Positions 37,103 to 48,671 are shown, numbered from the stretch's first letter. The stretch is 64,000 nt of DNA from Minisyncoccota bacterium (GCA_041664285.1 JBAYLA010000001.1:227-64226); one strand, 5' to 3'. Made by a program: numbers and translations. Notes: generated by a model from the letters alone, not told the origin.

Positions 37103-38311
37103 ATGTTATTTAAATATAAAGCAATAAATGATACTGGTGTAAATAAAGAAGGAGAAATTGATGCACCCAATCGTGATATGGCAATTAGTGGACTTCAGAG
37201 ACGAGGATTGGTTGTTATTTCTATTGTAGAAGAAGGAGAAACTAAGTCATTTTTGAAAATTTCTTTTTTTGAAAGAGTAAAGACGAAAGACGTAGTGATT
37301 CTTTCTCGTCAGATTGCAACTTTATTCGAAGCACAAGTTTCTGCCCTGAAAGCTTTTACTATGTTGGCTACCAATACAGAAAACAAACTTCTTGGGCGTA
37401 AACTTGCTCAGATTAGTGATGATCTTCAAGCAGGAGTTTCTATTTCTGGAGCTCTTTCTCATCACCCAGATGTATTTTCAGATTTTTATGTAAATATGGT
37501 AAAGGTAGGTGAAGAAACAGGTAAACTTAATCAAACCTTTTTACATTTGGCAGATTATTTAGATCGTCAATACTCCATTACTTCTAAAACTAAAAATGCA
37601 CTTATTTACCCAGCTTTTGTTGTCCTTACTTTTTTTGTCGTGATGACATTGATGTTTGTGGTTGTTATTCCAAAGCTTGCAGCAATTATTTTAGATTCTA
37701 ATCAAGAAGCTCCCTTTTTTACTAAATTAGTAATTGGAGTTTCAAATTTATTTGTTCATTATGGTTTTTTTGCTTTGATCTTTTTTATATTTTTAGGAAT
37801 TTGGGTTTGGAGATTATCTCTTACTGTAAAAGGGAAAGCATATCTTGATGAATTAAAACTTTCCGTACCAGGTGTTGGTAATTTATATAAAAAGCTTTAT
37901 TTTTCTAGAATAACAGATAACTTAAGTGTTATGCTTAGTTCTGGAATTCCTATTGTTCGGGCAATAGACATTACCTCGGAAGTTGTTGGGTCTTTGATCT
38001 ATAAAGATATTTTGGTAGATGTGGCAGATGGAGTGAAATCAGGATTATCTCTCTCGGCGGCATTTGGAAAGCATGACGACAAAGTACCTAATATTTTGAT
38101 ACAGATGATACAAGTAGGTGAAGAAACGGGTTCTCTTGGAAATATTTTGAAAACTCTAACTGATTTTTATAGACGCGAAGTAGATGATGCTGTTGATACA
38201 TTGGTTGGTTTAATAGAGCCTATTATGATTGTAGTTTTGGGATTAGGAGTAGGAATATTGCTCGTTTCTGTGTTGATGCCAATTTATAATATGGCAGGAA
38301 GTATAAGTTAA
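37103..38311 (+). CDS. pilC: type IV pilus platform protein PilC (GspF family)
   Basis: Two GspF repeats with a conserved VGEETG in each half. 402 aa. Confidence 0.85.
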   Translation: MLFKYKAINDTGVNKEGEIDAPNRDMAISGLQRRGLVVISIVEEGETKSFLKISFFERVKTKDVVILSRQIATLFEAQVSALKAFTMLATNTENKLLGRKLAQISDDLQAGVSISGALSHHPDVFSDFYVNMVKVGEETGKLNQTFLHLADYLDRQYSITSKTKNALIYPAFVVLTFFVVMTLMFVVVIPKLAAIILDSNQEAPFFTKLVIGVSNLFVHYGFFALIFFIFLGIWVWRLSLTVKGKAYLDELKLSVPGVGNLYKKLYFSRITDNLSVMLSSGIPIVRAIDITSEVVGSLIYKDILVDVADGVKSGLSLSAAFGKHDDKVPNILIQMIQVGEETGSLGNILKTLTDFYRREVDDAVDTLVGLIEPIMIVVLGLGVGILLVSVLMPIYNMAGSIS

Positions 38312-38420
38312 AATGGGTGTGGATAACTTAATTGCATATATATTATTATTGATATGATATAATATGTATATTAAAAATGAGTCGAGGTTTGTTAGTTATT
38401 ATTATTAAATAATTTTTATT

Positions 38421-38861
38421 ATGAAGAATTTAAAGAAAGGTTTTACATTAATTGAATTACTGGTGGTTGTAGCCATCATTGGTATTTTAGCGTCAGTTGT
38501 GCTTGCGTCGCTGAACACTGCACGTGCAAAAGGTGCTAATGCAGCAGTTAAGGCGAACATGTCTGGCATTCGGGCAGCAGCAGAATTATCTTATGATACT
38601 GGTAGTACATATGCAGGAGTTTGTGCAGCTGTTGCTTCTTCTCTTGCGGCTGCGGATTCTGCTGGAGGAGGTGCCACCTCTGCTGTTGGGGCGGGCAATA
38701 CGTGTATTAACAGTGCAACCGTTTGGGCTGCAGCGGCTGGTCTTAAATCAACTGATGGTACATCAACAGCTTGGTGTGTTGATTCAACCGGTAAATCTGT
38801 TGGTATAACAACTGCTCAATTTAGTGCGATAAGTCTCACTGGTCCTGTATTGTGTCCTTAA
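38421..38861 (+). CDS. type IV pilin (prepilin, class III signal peptide)
   Basis: KKG|FTLIELLVVVAIIGILA matches the prepilin consensus (G-F-T-L-I-E). Ala/Gly-rich and GC-rich body with a C-terminal Cys pair. Confidence 0.8.
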   Translation: MKNLKKGFTLIELLVVVAIIGILASVVLASLNTARAKGANAAVKANMSGIRAAAELSYDTGSTYAGVCAAVASSLAAADSAGGGATSAVGAGNTCINSATVWAAAAGLKSTDGTSTAWCVDSTGKSVGITTAQFSAISLTGPVLCP

Positions 38862-38887
38862 GATAAAAAGACGAAGAAGTTTTTTAA

Positions 38888-38926
38888 AAAACCACCCTTT
38901 AGGAATTTTCTCAGGGTGGTTTTTGT
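38888..38926 (+). terminator. intrinsic terminator after first pilin gene
   Basis: ACCACCCT (38891-38898) pairs with AGGGTGGT (38913-38920), followed by TTTTT. Confidence 0.6.
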
Positions 38927-38990
38927 ATTTTGATAATGATATAATAAGTTATATAAAAAGGTCCTTTTATTATTTATTGTTTATTATTTT

Positions 38991-39530
38991 ATGAAAGATT
39001 TTAAAGGAAATTTAGTTAAGAGGAATATAAAAGGTTTCACATTGATAGAACTTTTAATTGTTGTAGCTATCATTGGTATTTTAACTGCTGTAGTGTTCGT
39101 TTCAGTTAGTTCATCTCGTGCAAAAGGTGGTGATGGAGCTGTTAAATCTAACTTAAATACAATAAAAGGTGCGTCTGAGATTTTTTATGCCAACAATAAT
39201 TTTTCTTTTGGTTCTGCTCTTGCTATTACTGTTCCTTGTCCTACTTATCTATCAACTTCTACCAATATGTTTCAAAAAGATAAAACGATAGCTGACGCTA
39301 TAGCTGAAGCAGTTAAAAGAGGTGGTGGTGCAAGTGTTTGCTATAATTCAAATAATGTTTGGGCTGTTGCTGTACAACTAAAGACTAGTGATGGTGCTAC
39401 AAATGTTGCTGGGACAACTGGTCTATTACCAGATTCATGGTGTGTAGATAGTGGAGGAGTCAGTAAGTCGTATACATGGGCCAACGGTCAAACAATTGCC
39501 GATTCTATTAATATTTCTTTTTGCAGATAA
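38991..39530 (+). CDS. second type IV pilin paralog
   Basis: KG|FTLIELLIVVAIIGIL prepilin N-terminus. C-terminal disulfide-loop Cys residues. Confidence 0.75.
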   Translation: MKDFKGNLVKRNIKGFTLIELLIVVAIIGILTAVVFVSVSSSRAKGGDGAVKSNLNTIKGASEIFYANNNFSFGSALAITVPCPTYLSTSTNMFQKDKTIADAIAEAVKRGGGASVCYNSNNVWAVAVQLKTSDGATNVAGTTGLLPDSWCVDSGGVSKSYTWANGQTIADSINISFCR

Positions 39531-39543
39531 TTTTTAAAGAATT

Positions 39544-40338
39544 ATGATATTTATTATTACTTCAATTTTCTTTATTTTTGGTCTGGTTATTGGAAGTTTT
39601 TTGAATGTTGTTATTTTTCGGTTGAATACCCAGAGATCTTTTGGCGGGAGGAGCGGATGTATGTCTTGTCAGAATAAACTTACTTGGCTAGAGCTTATAC
39701 CCGTTTTTAGTTTTTTGGGGTTAAGAGGAAGATGTAAAAATTGTAAAACTAAAATTTCACTTCAGTATCCATTGGTAGAGCTTATCACTGGTTTGATTTT
39801 TGCTCTTTTGTTTTTAAAATTCCAAAATATATTTTTTTTAAATACACTTCTTTTTACTTTTAATTATATATATTATGCTACCATTTTTTCTCTTCTCTTG
39901 ATAATTGCTGTTTATGATTTAAAACATAAAATAATTCCAGATATTCTGTCTCTTGTTTTTGGTATTTTAGCTTTTGCGGGTTTATTTCTTACGCAGATAG
40001 ATTTTTCTATTATTTTCTCTGTATTTTATTTTCCTACCCTCTTAGAATTTTTGTCTGGTCCAATTATCGCCATTCCTTTTGCTTTTCTTTGGTTAGTATC
40101 TTCTGGAAAATGGATGGGGCTAGGGGATGCAAAATTGGCAATTGGGTTAGGATATTTTCTTGGCCTTCGTCTTATGTTTTCTGCTCTTGTATTAGCTTTT
40201 TGGATCGGAGCTATTGTCGGTCTTTTATTAATTATTTTTTCTAATAAAAAATATGGGTTGAAAAGTGAAATTCCCTTTGCTCCATATTTGGTTTTGGGTA
40301 CATCATTAGTATTTCTTTTTGGTTGGTATCTTTTTTAA
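39544..40338 (+). CDS. pilD: prepilin peptidase PilD (A24 family)
   Basis: Cytoplasmic zinc-finger Cys pairs (CMSCQNKL ... CKNCKTKI). Polytopic membrane protein with the catalytic Asp region. Confidence 0.8.
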   Translation: MIFIITSIFFIFGLVIGSFLNVVIFRLNTQRSFGGRSGCMSCQNKLTWLELIPVFSFLGLRGRCKNCKTKISLQYPLVELITGLIFALLFLKFQNIFFLNTLLFTFNYIYYATIFSLLLIIAVYDLKHKIIPDILSLVFGILAFAGLFLTQIDFSIIFSVFYFPTLLEFLSGPIIAIPFAFLWLVSSGKWMGLGDAKLAIGLGYFLGLRLMFSALVLAFWIGAIVGLLLIIFSNKKYGLKSEIPFAPYLVLGTSLVFLFGWYLF

Positions 40339-40985
40339 TGAAAAAATTAATTAAAAGTAAAAAAAACAGAGGAATGACTTATGTGGAGCTTATTGTTGTT
40401 CTTGGTATTTTTGCTGTTTTATCTTCTGTTTCTATTTTTAATTATGGAGCTTTTCAAGACAAGGTTGATATAAAAAGTATGGCCAATGATATCGCATTGA
40501 AATTTGTTGAAGCGCAAAGATCATCTCTAAATGGTGTTTTGCCTAATGTTACTTATTTAGATACTTGGACACCAGGTTATGGAGTTTATTTCAATTTAAC
40601 TACAGACCCTACAGCTCTTGATGCTGATGATATAGCTTTCAATAAAAAATTTGTTTATTTTGTAGATCTTGATAATAATTACGAATATTTTGGCACTACT
40701 CCAAATTGCACAGTAATGGAATGTTTAGATAAAATTATTATCACTAAAAATAATTTTATAGCTAACATTGAAAAATGCGACGACGCTGATTGCAACACTC
40801 TACCCAAACAATCGATTACCTCTATTGCTACAGCTTTTATGCGACCGGATTCAGGAGCTCATTTTACTAGCAATCCACCTTATGACTTCTCTGGTTCTAG
40901 TTATGTTAAAATTACTATTGAATCGCCTAAAGGATTACAAGCTTTTATAAAATTATATCCTTCAGGTAGAGTACAGATAGATTAA
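40323..40985 (+). CDS. minor pilin / pseudopilin
   Basis: RG|MTYVELIVVLGIFAVL prepilin-type N-terminus. 220 aa. Confidence 0.6.
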   Translation: MVSFLMKKLIKSKKNRGMTYVELIVVLGIFAVLSSVSIFNYGAFQDKVDIKSMANDIALKFVEAQRSSLNGVLPNVTYLDTWTPGYGVYFNLTTDPTALDADDIAFNKKFVYFVDLDNNYEYFGTTPNCTVMECLDKIIITKNNFIANIEKCDDADCNTLPKQSITSIATAFMRPDSGAHFTSNPPYDFSGSSYVKITIESPKGLQAFIKLYPSGRVQID

Positions 40986-41007
40986 GTAGTTATAAAGTTG
41001 TAAAAAA

Positions 41008-41643
41008 ATGAAATTATTTTTTAAAAAAATAATTAATAAGAATAATAAAGGCCGAAAGGCCCTGGTCGAAATGAGGGGATACACTCTCATTGAGACGATG
41101 ATAGCTGTTGCTCTTTTTTTAATTGTTATAACAACAGGCCTTGGAGCGTTACTGAGTGCCAATTCACTTCAAAAAAAATCACAAGATATGCGTTCCATTC
41201 TAGATAACTTAAACTTTGCTATGGAAGATATGTCTAGAAATATAAGAACAGGATATAATTTTGTTTGTATTGTTGGGGGGAGTCCTCTTCCATCTGATGT
41301 TAGTACGCCCAATAATTTTCATAATTGTGGGGGAATTGCATTTGAATCTGGAACTGGCAGGATTTCTGACCCTCTTGATCAATGGGTTTATTACATAAGT
41401 AACAATAGAATTTTTAAAACAACCAAAAGTCCTTATGATGATTCTAGTAATTATATTCAATTAACTCCCGATGAAATAAACATTGATGCAGCGTCCGGTT
41501 TTGTAGTAACAGGGGCTGAGCCAGGTGATGGGAAACAACCTTTTATTACCATCAAGTTGGTTGGGACAATAACTACTCCTCAAGGTGTCAGTACTCCTTT
41601 TTATTTACAAACTTCCGTGTCTCAAAGAATTATGGATATGTAA
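41008..41643 (+). CDS. minor pilin / pseudopilin
   Basis: RG|YTLIETMIAVALFLIV prepilin-type N-terminus. Confidence 0.6.
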   Translation: MKLFFKKIINKNNKGRKALVEMRGYTLIETMIAVALFLIVITTGLGALLSANSLQKKSQDMRSILDNLNFAMEDMSRNIRTGYNFVCIVGGSPLPSDVSTPNNFHNCGGIAFESGTGRISDPLDQWVYYISNNRIFKTTKSPYDDSSNYIQLTPDEINIDAASGFVVTGAEPGDGKQPFITIKLVGTITTPQGVSTPFYLQTSVSQRIMDM

Positions 41644-41646
41644 TTT

Positions 41647-42096
41647 ATGATGAAGAAAAATAATAAATTAAATAAAGGGTTTACATTAGTAGAAACACTT
41701 GTAGCTATTTCAATTTTTACTATGTCAATTTTAGGGTTAATGTCAATTTTGGCGTCATCTATTTCCGACATTAATTATGCTAAACAGAAAATAGCAGCTT
41801 CATATTTAGCGCAAGAAGGAATTGAATATGTTAGAAATTTGAGAGATACTGCAATAATTTCTTCGGTGGATGGAACTGGTTGGACAACCTTTAAGGCTCT
41901 TTTGCCCCCTTCGTCCGATTCTTCTTTTTATCCTCCTGATGGTTCAACATTTCCTAATTTTACAAGAACCATAAGTGTTGATACAACTTTTGGGCCAGAT
42001 GAAATAAAAATTACTTCAGATGTTAGTTGGACGCAGGGTTCTGGCGATAAACATATAATTTTTTCAGAAAATTTATATAATTGGACAGAAGAATAG
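41647..42096 (+). CDS. minor pilin / pseudopilin
   Basis: KG|FTLVETLVAISIF prepilin-type N-terminus. Confidence 0.6.
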   Translation: MMKKNNKLNKGFTLVETLVAISIFTMSILGLMSILASSISDINYAKQKIAASYLAQEGIEYVRNLRDTAIISSVDGTGWTTFKALLPPSSDSSFYPPDGSTFPNFTRTISVDTTFGPDEIKITSDVSWTQGSGDKHIIFSENLYNWTEE

Positions 42097-42097
42097 C

Positions 42098-43603
42098 ATG
42101 ATAAATATAATAAGAAAATTTAATATTTTAAAAAGAGAATTTATTCAATGCCTAAAACGCAAGTCTTCTAGTTCGGGGTTCGTATTACTTTTTGCAGTTA
42201 CTATTTCAGCGATTATTTTATCAATAACCTTAGGTCTAACTAATATTGCTTTTAACGAAATTAAATTTAGTACTTCTGTTAAAGATAGTAATAATGCTTT
42301 TTATGCCGCTGACACAGGTTACGAATGTGCACTTTTTAATGACAAATCTGCCACCAGCGCCTTCGATCCTACCAATCCTACTTCCCCCTTATCAATAACT
42401 TGTAACAAAAGTAGTTCTATTACTGTAAATAAAGATATAATGTCCCCGATTTGGAATTTTAATATGAATGGATTAGGTATTGGAGGACAAAGTTGTGCTC
42501 AAGTAACTGTCGATAAACATACTTCGCTATTTTCTATTACTTCAAAGGGATATAACATTAGTGATTGTAGTTTAATAAGCGCAGGACGAGTTGAAAGAGA
42601 GTTAAAAATTAATTATAGTGGTTCTTCTTCTTTTACTTGTTCTAATTTACCTGCTCATGCAACGTTTTGCGAGTATGATTTGGATAACGATATACTAACC
42701 CCTCCTTCTTTGGTTCCTTCCTGTACTTTGCCTACCCTTCCAAATGTATGTGAAGCAATGTGCGATTCAGGCTACACAATAAGCGGAAGTGGAGAAGATT
42801 GTGTGGAAACAGCACCACCAATTCCTCTTATTACTGCTAGTGGCGGAACAATAACCTATGCTGATTCTAGTGGCGCAACATCTCCAGTTCAGGTTTCTGG
42901 TGGATATAAGATTCATACGTTTACTTCGGCTACACCTGTAAAAAAATTCATTGTTAATAGTGGTAGTGGCACTGTTGATGTTTTGGTTGTTGGAGGAGGT
43001 GGTGGTGGAGCTGGAGATGGAGCAAGTTGGGAACATTGTATGGGTTCTGGCGGTGCAGGGGGATATAGATATCAGACTAATTTTCCTATAGACCCACAAG
43101 AATATCAGGTTAAGGTTGGTACTGGTGGTAGCGCTGGTCCGGCAGGTAATCCAGCCGGAAATACTGTGGGAAACGGCGGAGATTCTGCTTTTAGTACAAT
43201 TACATCTACTGGAGGTGGTGCAGGAAAACAAACAGAAGCTGGAAAGAGTGGTGGTTCTGGTGGGGGTGCAGGAGCATGGGGGGGGTCACGCACGGGAGGG
43301 GCTGCTTCTGCTGGACAAGGAAACGCAGGAGGTTCTTCTAAACAATGCGCATCTTCTGGTTGTGGAAGTCATAGTGGCGGAGGTGGAGGGTCGGCTTCTG
43401 TTGGAGGATCTGAAAACGGAATAGGGGGCAATGGAACGGTTAATAGTATATCAGGATCATCAATAACTTATGCTGCCGGTGGTTCTCATGGTGGTGGAAA
43501 TGCCGTTGCTAATACTGGAAATGGTGGTGGTGGTGGTTTACAATCTTCAGCTGGCGGTTCTGGTGGTTCGGGTATTGTAATAATTAGATATCTAACTCCG
43601 TAA
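42098..43603 (+). CDS. large PilX-like minor pilin with Cys-rich middle and extreme Gly-rich C-terminal domain
   Basis: The N-terminal hydrophobic segment GFVLLFAVTISAIILSITLGL is PilX_N-like. The last ~230 aa are Gly/Ser/Ala repeats (GGGGGAGDG ... GSGGSGGGAGAWGG ...) in a GC-rich block. Confidence 0.5.
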   Translation: MINIIRKFNILKREFIQCLKRKSSSSGFVLLFAVTISAIILSITLGLTNIAFNEIKFSTSVKDSNNAFYAADTGYECALFNDKSATSAFDPTNPTSPLSITCNKSSSITVNKDIMSPIWNFNMNGLGIGGQSCAQVTVDKHTSLFSITSKGYNISDCSLISAGRVERELKINYSGSSSFTCSNLPAHATFCEYDLDNDILTPPSLVPSCTLPTLPNVCEAMCDSGYTISGSGEDCVETAPPIPLITASGGTITYADSSGATSPVQVSGGYKIHTFTSATPVKKFIVNSGSGTVDVLVVGGGGGGAGDGASWEHCMGSGGAGGYRYQTNFPIDPQEYQVKVGTGGSAGPAGNPAGNTVGNGGDSAFSTITSTGGGAGKQTEAGKSGGSGGGAGAWGGSRTGGAASAGQGNAGGSSKQCASSGCGSHSGGGGGSASVGGSENGIGGNGTVNSISGSSITYAAGGSHGGGNAVANTGNGGGGGLQSSAGGSGGSGIVIIRYLTP

Positions 43604-43621
43604 CAATAAAATAAAAACAAA

Positions 43622-43655
43622 AAAAACCACTTATAGGCAAGGTGGTTTTTTTGTT
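43622..43655 (+). terminator. intrinsic terminator ending the pilus operon
   Basis: AAACCAC-ttataggca-AGGTGGTTTTTTTG. Confidence 0.5.
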
Positions 43656-43670
43656 TTATAATGAAAATAA

Positions 43671-45746
<2,076 letters not shown>

Positions 45747-45776
45747 TGTGTTTATTATCAATAAACAATAAATTTT

Positions 45777-46040
45777 ATGAACGTAAATATGAACATAGAA
45801 GGGATAAATCGATCAAAACAACCAACAATTCCACCAGACCAAATGAAATTTATTTTAGATGAGGTTAATCTTCAAAAGATTAAAGATATTAGAGCACGTC
45901 CTTTTTCTTTTTTAGAAGCAGATGTACTAAAAAAGATAGAAGCTAATCCTACTATAACAGCAGAAGAAATTATAGCTTCTTTAAAAGAAGAAAGAAAAAG
46001 AACCCTCGAAAGACTAAATCCAAACATAAATCTTAACTAA
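45777..46040 (+). CDS. hypothetical protein
   Basis: 87 aa, charged, no motifs. Confidence 0.3.
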   Translation: MNVNMNIEGINRSKQPTIPPDQMKFILDEVNLQKIKDIRARPFSFLEADVLKKIEANPTITAEEIIASLKEERKRTLERLNPNINLN

Positions 46041-46089
46041 AATGATTGTTTTAGTGTTTTTAAAGCGGTAAATACTACATATTTTGCAC

Positions 46090-46119
46090 TTGACTTTTCT
46101 ATACTTTGTGTGATATAAT
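46090..46119 (+). promoter_or_regulatory. sigma70-like promoter
   Basis: TTGACT at 46090-46095, an 18-nt spacer, TATAAT at 46114-46119. A hairpin GAGAAT...ATTCTC lies in the leader at 46125-46155. Confidence 0.5.
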
Positions 46120-46205
46120 ATACGAGAATGAAGAGAGGTTGAGAGTTTATTCTCAATAAAAAGGGTTTATCCTTTAATTGTTATTTCAAAACAAGGAGAT
46201 TGAAA

Positions 46206-46496
46206 ATGAAAAAAAGAAAAATTTTTATTTTTATTTTATTTTTTGTTATCGCATTTATAATCATTGTGTTGGAAAGAGTTCCAGCACAGACAATGTCCTC
46301 GTTGGGAACTTGGTGTTGTTGGGGTTTAATGGCAATAGTGCTAGGGGCCATTTTGAAACTCGACGAGAACATTACCCAGTTTTTACAGATTCGTTGGGCG
46401 AGAGCTTTACGATATCTAGCGAGAGCGCAGTGGTATCAAGAACTCGTTAACGAGATAGGTGAAACTATCTTAAGGATCAAGAAAGGCGGGGCTTGA
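46206..46496 (+). CDS. small membrane protein
   Basis: ATG at 46206 preceded by AAGGAG 7 nt upstream. N-terminal TM helix (IFIFILFFVIAFIIIVL). Two overlapping frames are open here; the region is GC-richer. Confidence 0.35.
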   Translation: MKKRKIFIFILFFVIAFIIIVLERVPAQTMSSLGTWCCWGLMAIVLGAILKLDENITQFLQIRWARALRYLARAQWYQELVNEIGETILRIKKGGA

Positions 46497-46526
46497 AGTT
46501 TAAGCCCTGGTAAATTTATCAGCTTT

Positions 46527-46575
46527 AGCCCGAATCCATTTATCTTTACAAATGGTTCGGGCTATCACTTTTTTA
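46527..46575 (+). terminator. intrinsic terminator
   Basis: AGCCCGAATCCATTT-atctttac-AAATGGTTCGGGCT is a ~14-bp stem, followed by ATCACTTTTTT. Confidence 0.6.
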
Positions 46576-46628
46576 GGCCTGTTTTTGATTGCTTTGCTCA
46601 AGAAAATCAATCATGTTATTATATCTTT

Positions 46629-47423
46629 ATGGCAATTACTTCTTGGGCTTTAAGACGACAAATTTTTTATGTATTGGTTCTTATTTTGTTTTTTTCTATT
46701 GTTGGATTTTTAATACTTTATCCTAAGCTCAACATGGCGCCGAATTGCTCGGATGGCAAACAGAATGGTACAGAAACAGGGATAGATTGTGGAGGATCCT
46801 GTTTAAATGCTTGCTTGAATCAAATGGACACAATTTCTATTCTTTGGTCACGCTCTTTTAAGGTTGTCCCTGGACGTTATAATGCTCTTGCTTATTTAGT
46901 TAATCACAACAGAAACGCTGTAATTGAAAATATAAATTATAGATTTACGTTTCATGATGCAAATAATATTTATATAGGCAAACGTGATGGAAGCACCTTT
47001 GTTCCTCCTGGAGGCAATTTTGCCATTTTTGAGCCGGGGATAGATATTGGTAATTCTATTCCTGTTTATGTAGATTTTGAATTCACCGATAAAGTACCGC
47101 AATGGCAGCAAGTATCACAAGAGAAAATTAATCAATTAAAAGTTTTAATTTCCAATATACAATTAGCAGATGAGGATATCTCTCCTAAACTTTCTGCTTC
47201 TATAAAAAATAATTCACTCTTTACTATCCCAAATGTAAACATAGTTGCGATTCTTTATAACGGAGAAGGAAATGCTATTTCTACTAGTCGTACTTTCTTA
47301 GATCAGCTTAATCCACTACAAGATGTTGATATTAATTTCACTTGGCCGGAGCCATTACCAGGCAAAGTTGTCGTTAAAGAAATAATTCCGATATATAATA
47401 TTTTCTCTGTTAAATTACAATAA
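46629..47423 (+). CDS. membrane-anchored extracellular hypothetical protein
   Basis: N-terminal TM helix. Cys-rich segment CSDGKQNGTETGIDCGGSCLNAC. 264 aa. Confidence 0.4.
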   Translation: MAITSWALRRQIFYVLVLILFFSIVGFLILYPKLNMAPNCSDGKQNGTETGIDCGGSCLNACLNQMDTISILWSRSFKVVPGRYNALAYLVNHNRNAVIENINYRFTFHDANNIYIGKRDGSTFVPPGGNFAIFEPGIDIGNSIPVYVDFEFTDKVPQWQQVSQEKINQLKVLISNIQLADEDISPKLSASIKNNSLFTIPNVNIVAILYNGEGNAISTSRTFLDQLNPLQDVDINFTWPEPLPGKVVVKEIIPIYNIFSVKLQ

Positions 47424-47501
47424 ATAAATACCTGTCCCGTATTAAATTTTTGATTACGGGGTATAAAGATAAAGATTATTAGTTAAAATTTTAGTACTGG
47501 G

Positions 47502-48632
47502 ATGGCGGAAAAAGCTTTTAAAAGAATAGATTGGATGTTGGTTATTTTTATTATTCCAATAATAGCTGCTGGTCTTGTGACCATGAAGTCTTTTACTCCG
47601 CTTGAAAATGCAGGTGATTTCTTTAATAAGCAAATTATTTGGGTCGCTATTTCTTTTATTGTTTTTTTTATTTTTTCTTTTATTGATTTTCGTTTTTTAA
47701 AACGCACTGACGTATTAGTATTTTTATTTCTTTTTGTATCTTTTATTTTATTGGCACTTATTGTTTTAGGACAAATCACGCATGGAGTAAAAAGTTGGTT
47801 TGATTTTGGTTTATTTTTTTTTCAGCCAGTTGATGTGATGAAATTGGTTTTAGTTCTTGTTTTAGCAAAATATTTTTCTCGTCGGCATGTGGAAATTAGA
47901 GATTTTAAACATATTTTTATTTCTGGACTTTATGCTTTAGTACCATTAGTTTTAGTTTTACTTCAACCAGATTTTGGTTCAGCGATGATTATATTTTTAA
48001 TTTGGCTCGCTATGGTGTTTGTTTCTGGAATTTCTAAGACTCATTTATTGGTCGTGTTTACAACTGGACTTTTGATTTTTGCCTCTCTTTGGTTTTTTGT
48101 TTTTGCGCCATATCAAAAAGCTCGTATTTATAATTTTATAAATCCTTTAACAGATATTCATAAAACTGGATACAACGTATTTCAGTCAACTATTGCTGTA
48201 GGTTCTGGGCAAGTGACAGGCAAGGGTTTGGGCTTTGGGACACAATCAAGATTGAAATTTTTACCAGTTCCTCAATCTGATTTTATTTTTGCTGCTTATG
48301 CTGAAGAATGGGGTTTTGTTGGGTCATCTTTGATTTTACTTTTCTATATCCTAGTTATTGGGAGAATTCTTTATTTTGCATCTTTAGGTGCATCTAATTT
48401 TGAAATACTTTTTGGGATGGGCATTGCTATCTTTTTTATGAGTCATGTGTTCGTAAATATTGGGATGAATCTAGGGCTCTTGCCGGTCACTGGTATTCCT
48501 CTTCCGTTTATGAGTTATGGTGGTTCACATTTGTTAACCGAATTTGCTGGATTGGGTATTTTAATGGGTATGCGTAAATATTCTAGATCTGTTCATCCAG
48601 ACGATATGAAGAATGAGTTTTTGGGTGTATAA
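47502..48632 (+). CDS. ftsW: SEDS-family peptidoglycan glycosyltransferase FtsW/RodA
   Basis: About 10 TM helices. Conserved C-terminal LPxTGxxLPFxSYGGS motif (LPVTGIPLPFMSYGGS). Confidence 0.8.
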   Translation: MAEKAFKRIDWMLVIFIIPIIAAGLVTMKSFTPLENAGDFFNKQIIWVAISFIVFFIFSFIDFRFLKRTDVLVFLFLFVSFILLALIVLGQITHGVKSWFDFGLFFFQPVDVMKLVLVLVLAKYFSRRHVEIRDFKHIFISGLYALVPLVLVLLQPDFGSAMIIFLIWLAMVFVSGISKTHLLVVFTTGLLIFASLWFFVFAPYQKARIYNFINPLTDIHKTGYNVFQSTIAVGSGQVTGKGLGFGTQSRLKFLPVPQSDFIFAAYAEEWGFVGSSLILLFYILVIGRILYFASLGASNFEILFGMGIAIFFMSHVFVNIGMNLGLLPVTGIPLPFMSYGGSHLLTEFAGLGILMGMRKYSRSVHPDDMKNEFLGV

Positions 48633-48671
48633 TCCTGAGCGAAATTGTGGACATATAAATTAAATAAAATT

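Noticed and set aside
38524-38808. 94-aa plus-strand alternate-frame ORF inside the first pilin gene
   Set aside because: It overlaps the Ala/Gly-rich GC-rich pilin coding sequence in another frame. It is a product of composition, and the pilin frame has the diagnostic prepilin N-terminus.
42767-43424. Three ORFs (154, 62 and 102 aa) overlapping the Gly-rich 3' end of the PilX-like gene on both strands
   Set aside because: The GC-rich Gly-codon run (GGN) keeps alternate frames open. The proteins are low-complexity P/A/R-rich. Spurious.
46178-46450. Second overlapping plus-strand frame (90 aa) at the small-ORF locus
   Set aside because: It begins with a TTG and has no SD. The 46206 ATG frame has a consensus SD and a TM helix. 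Both are kept as uncertain under one finding rather than as two genes.
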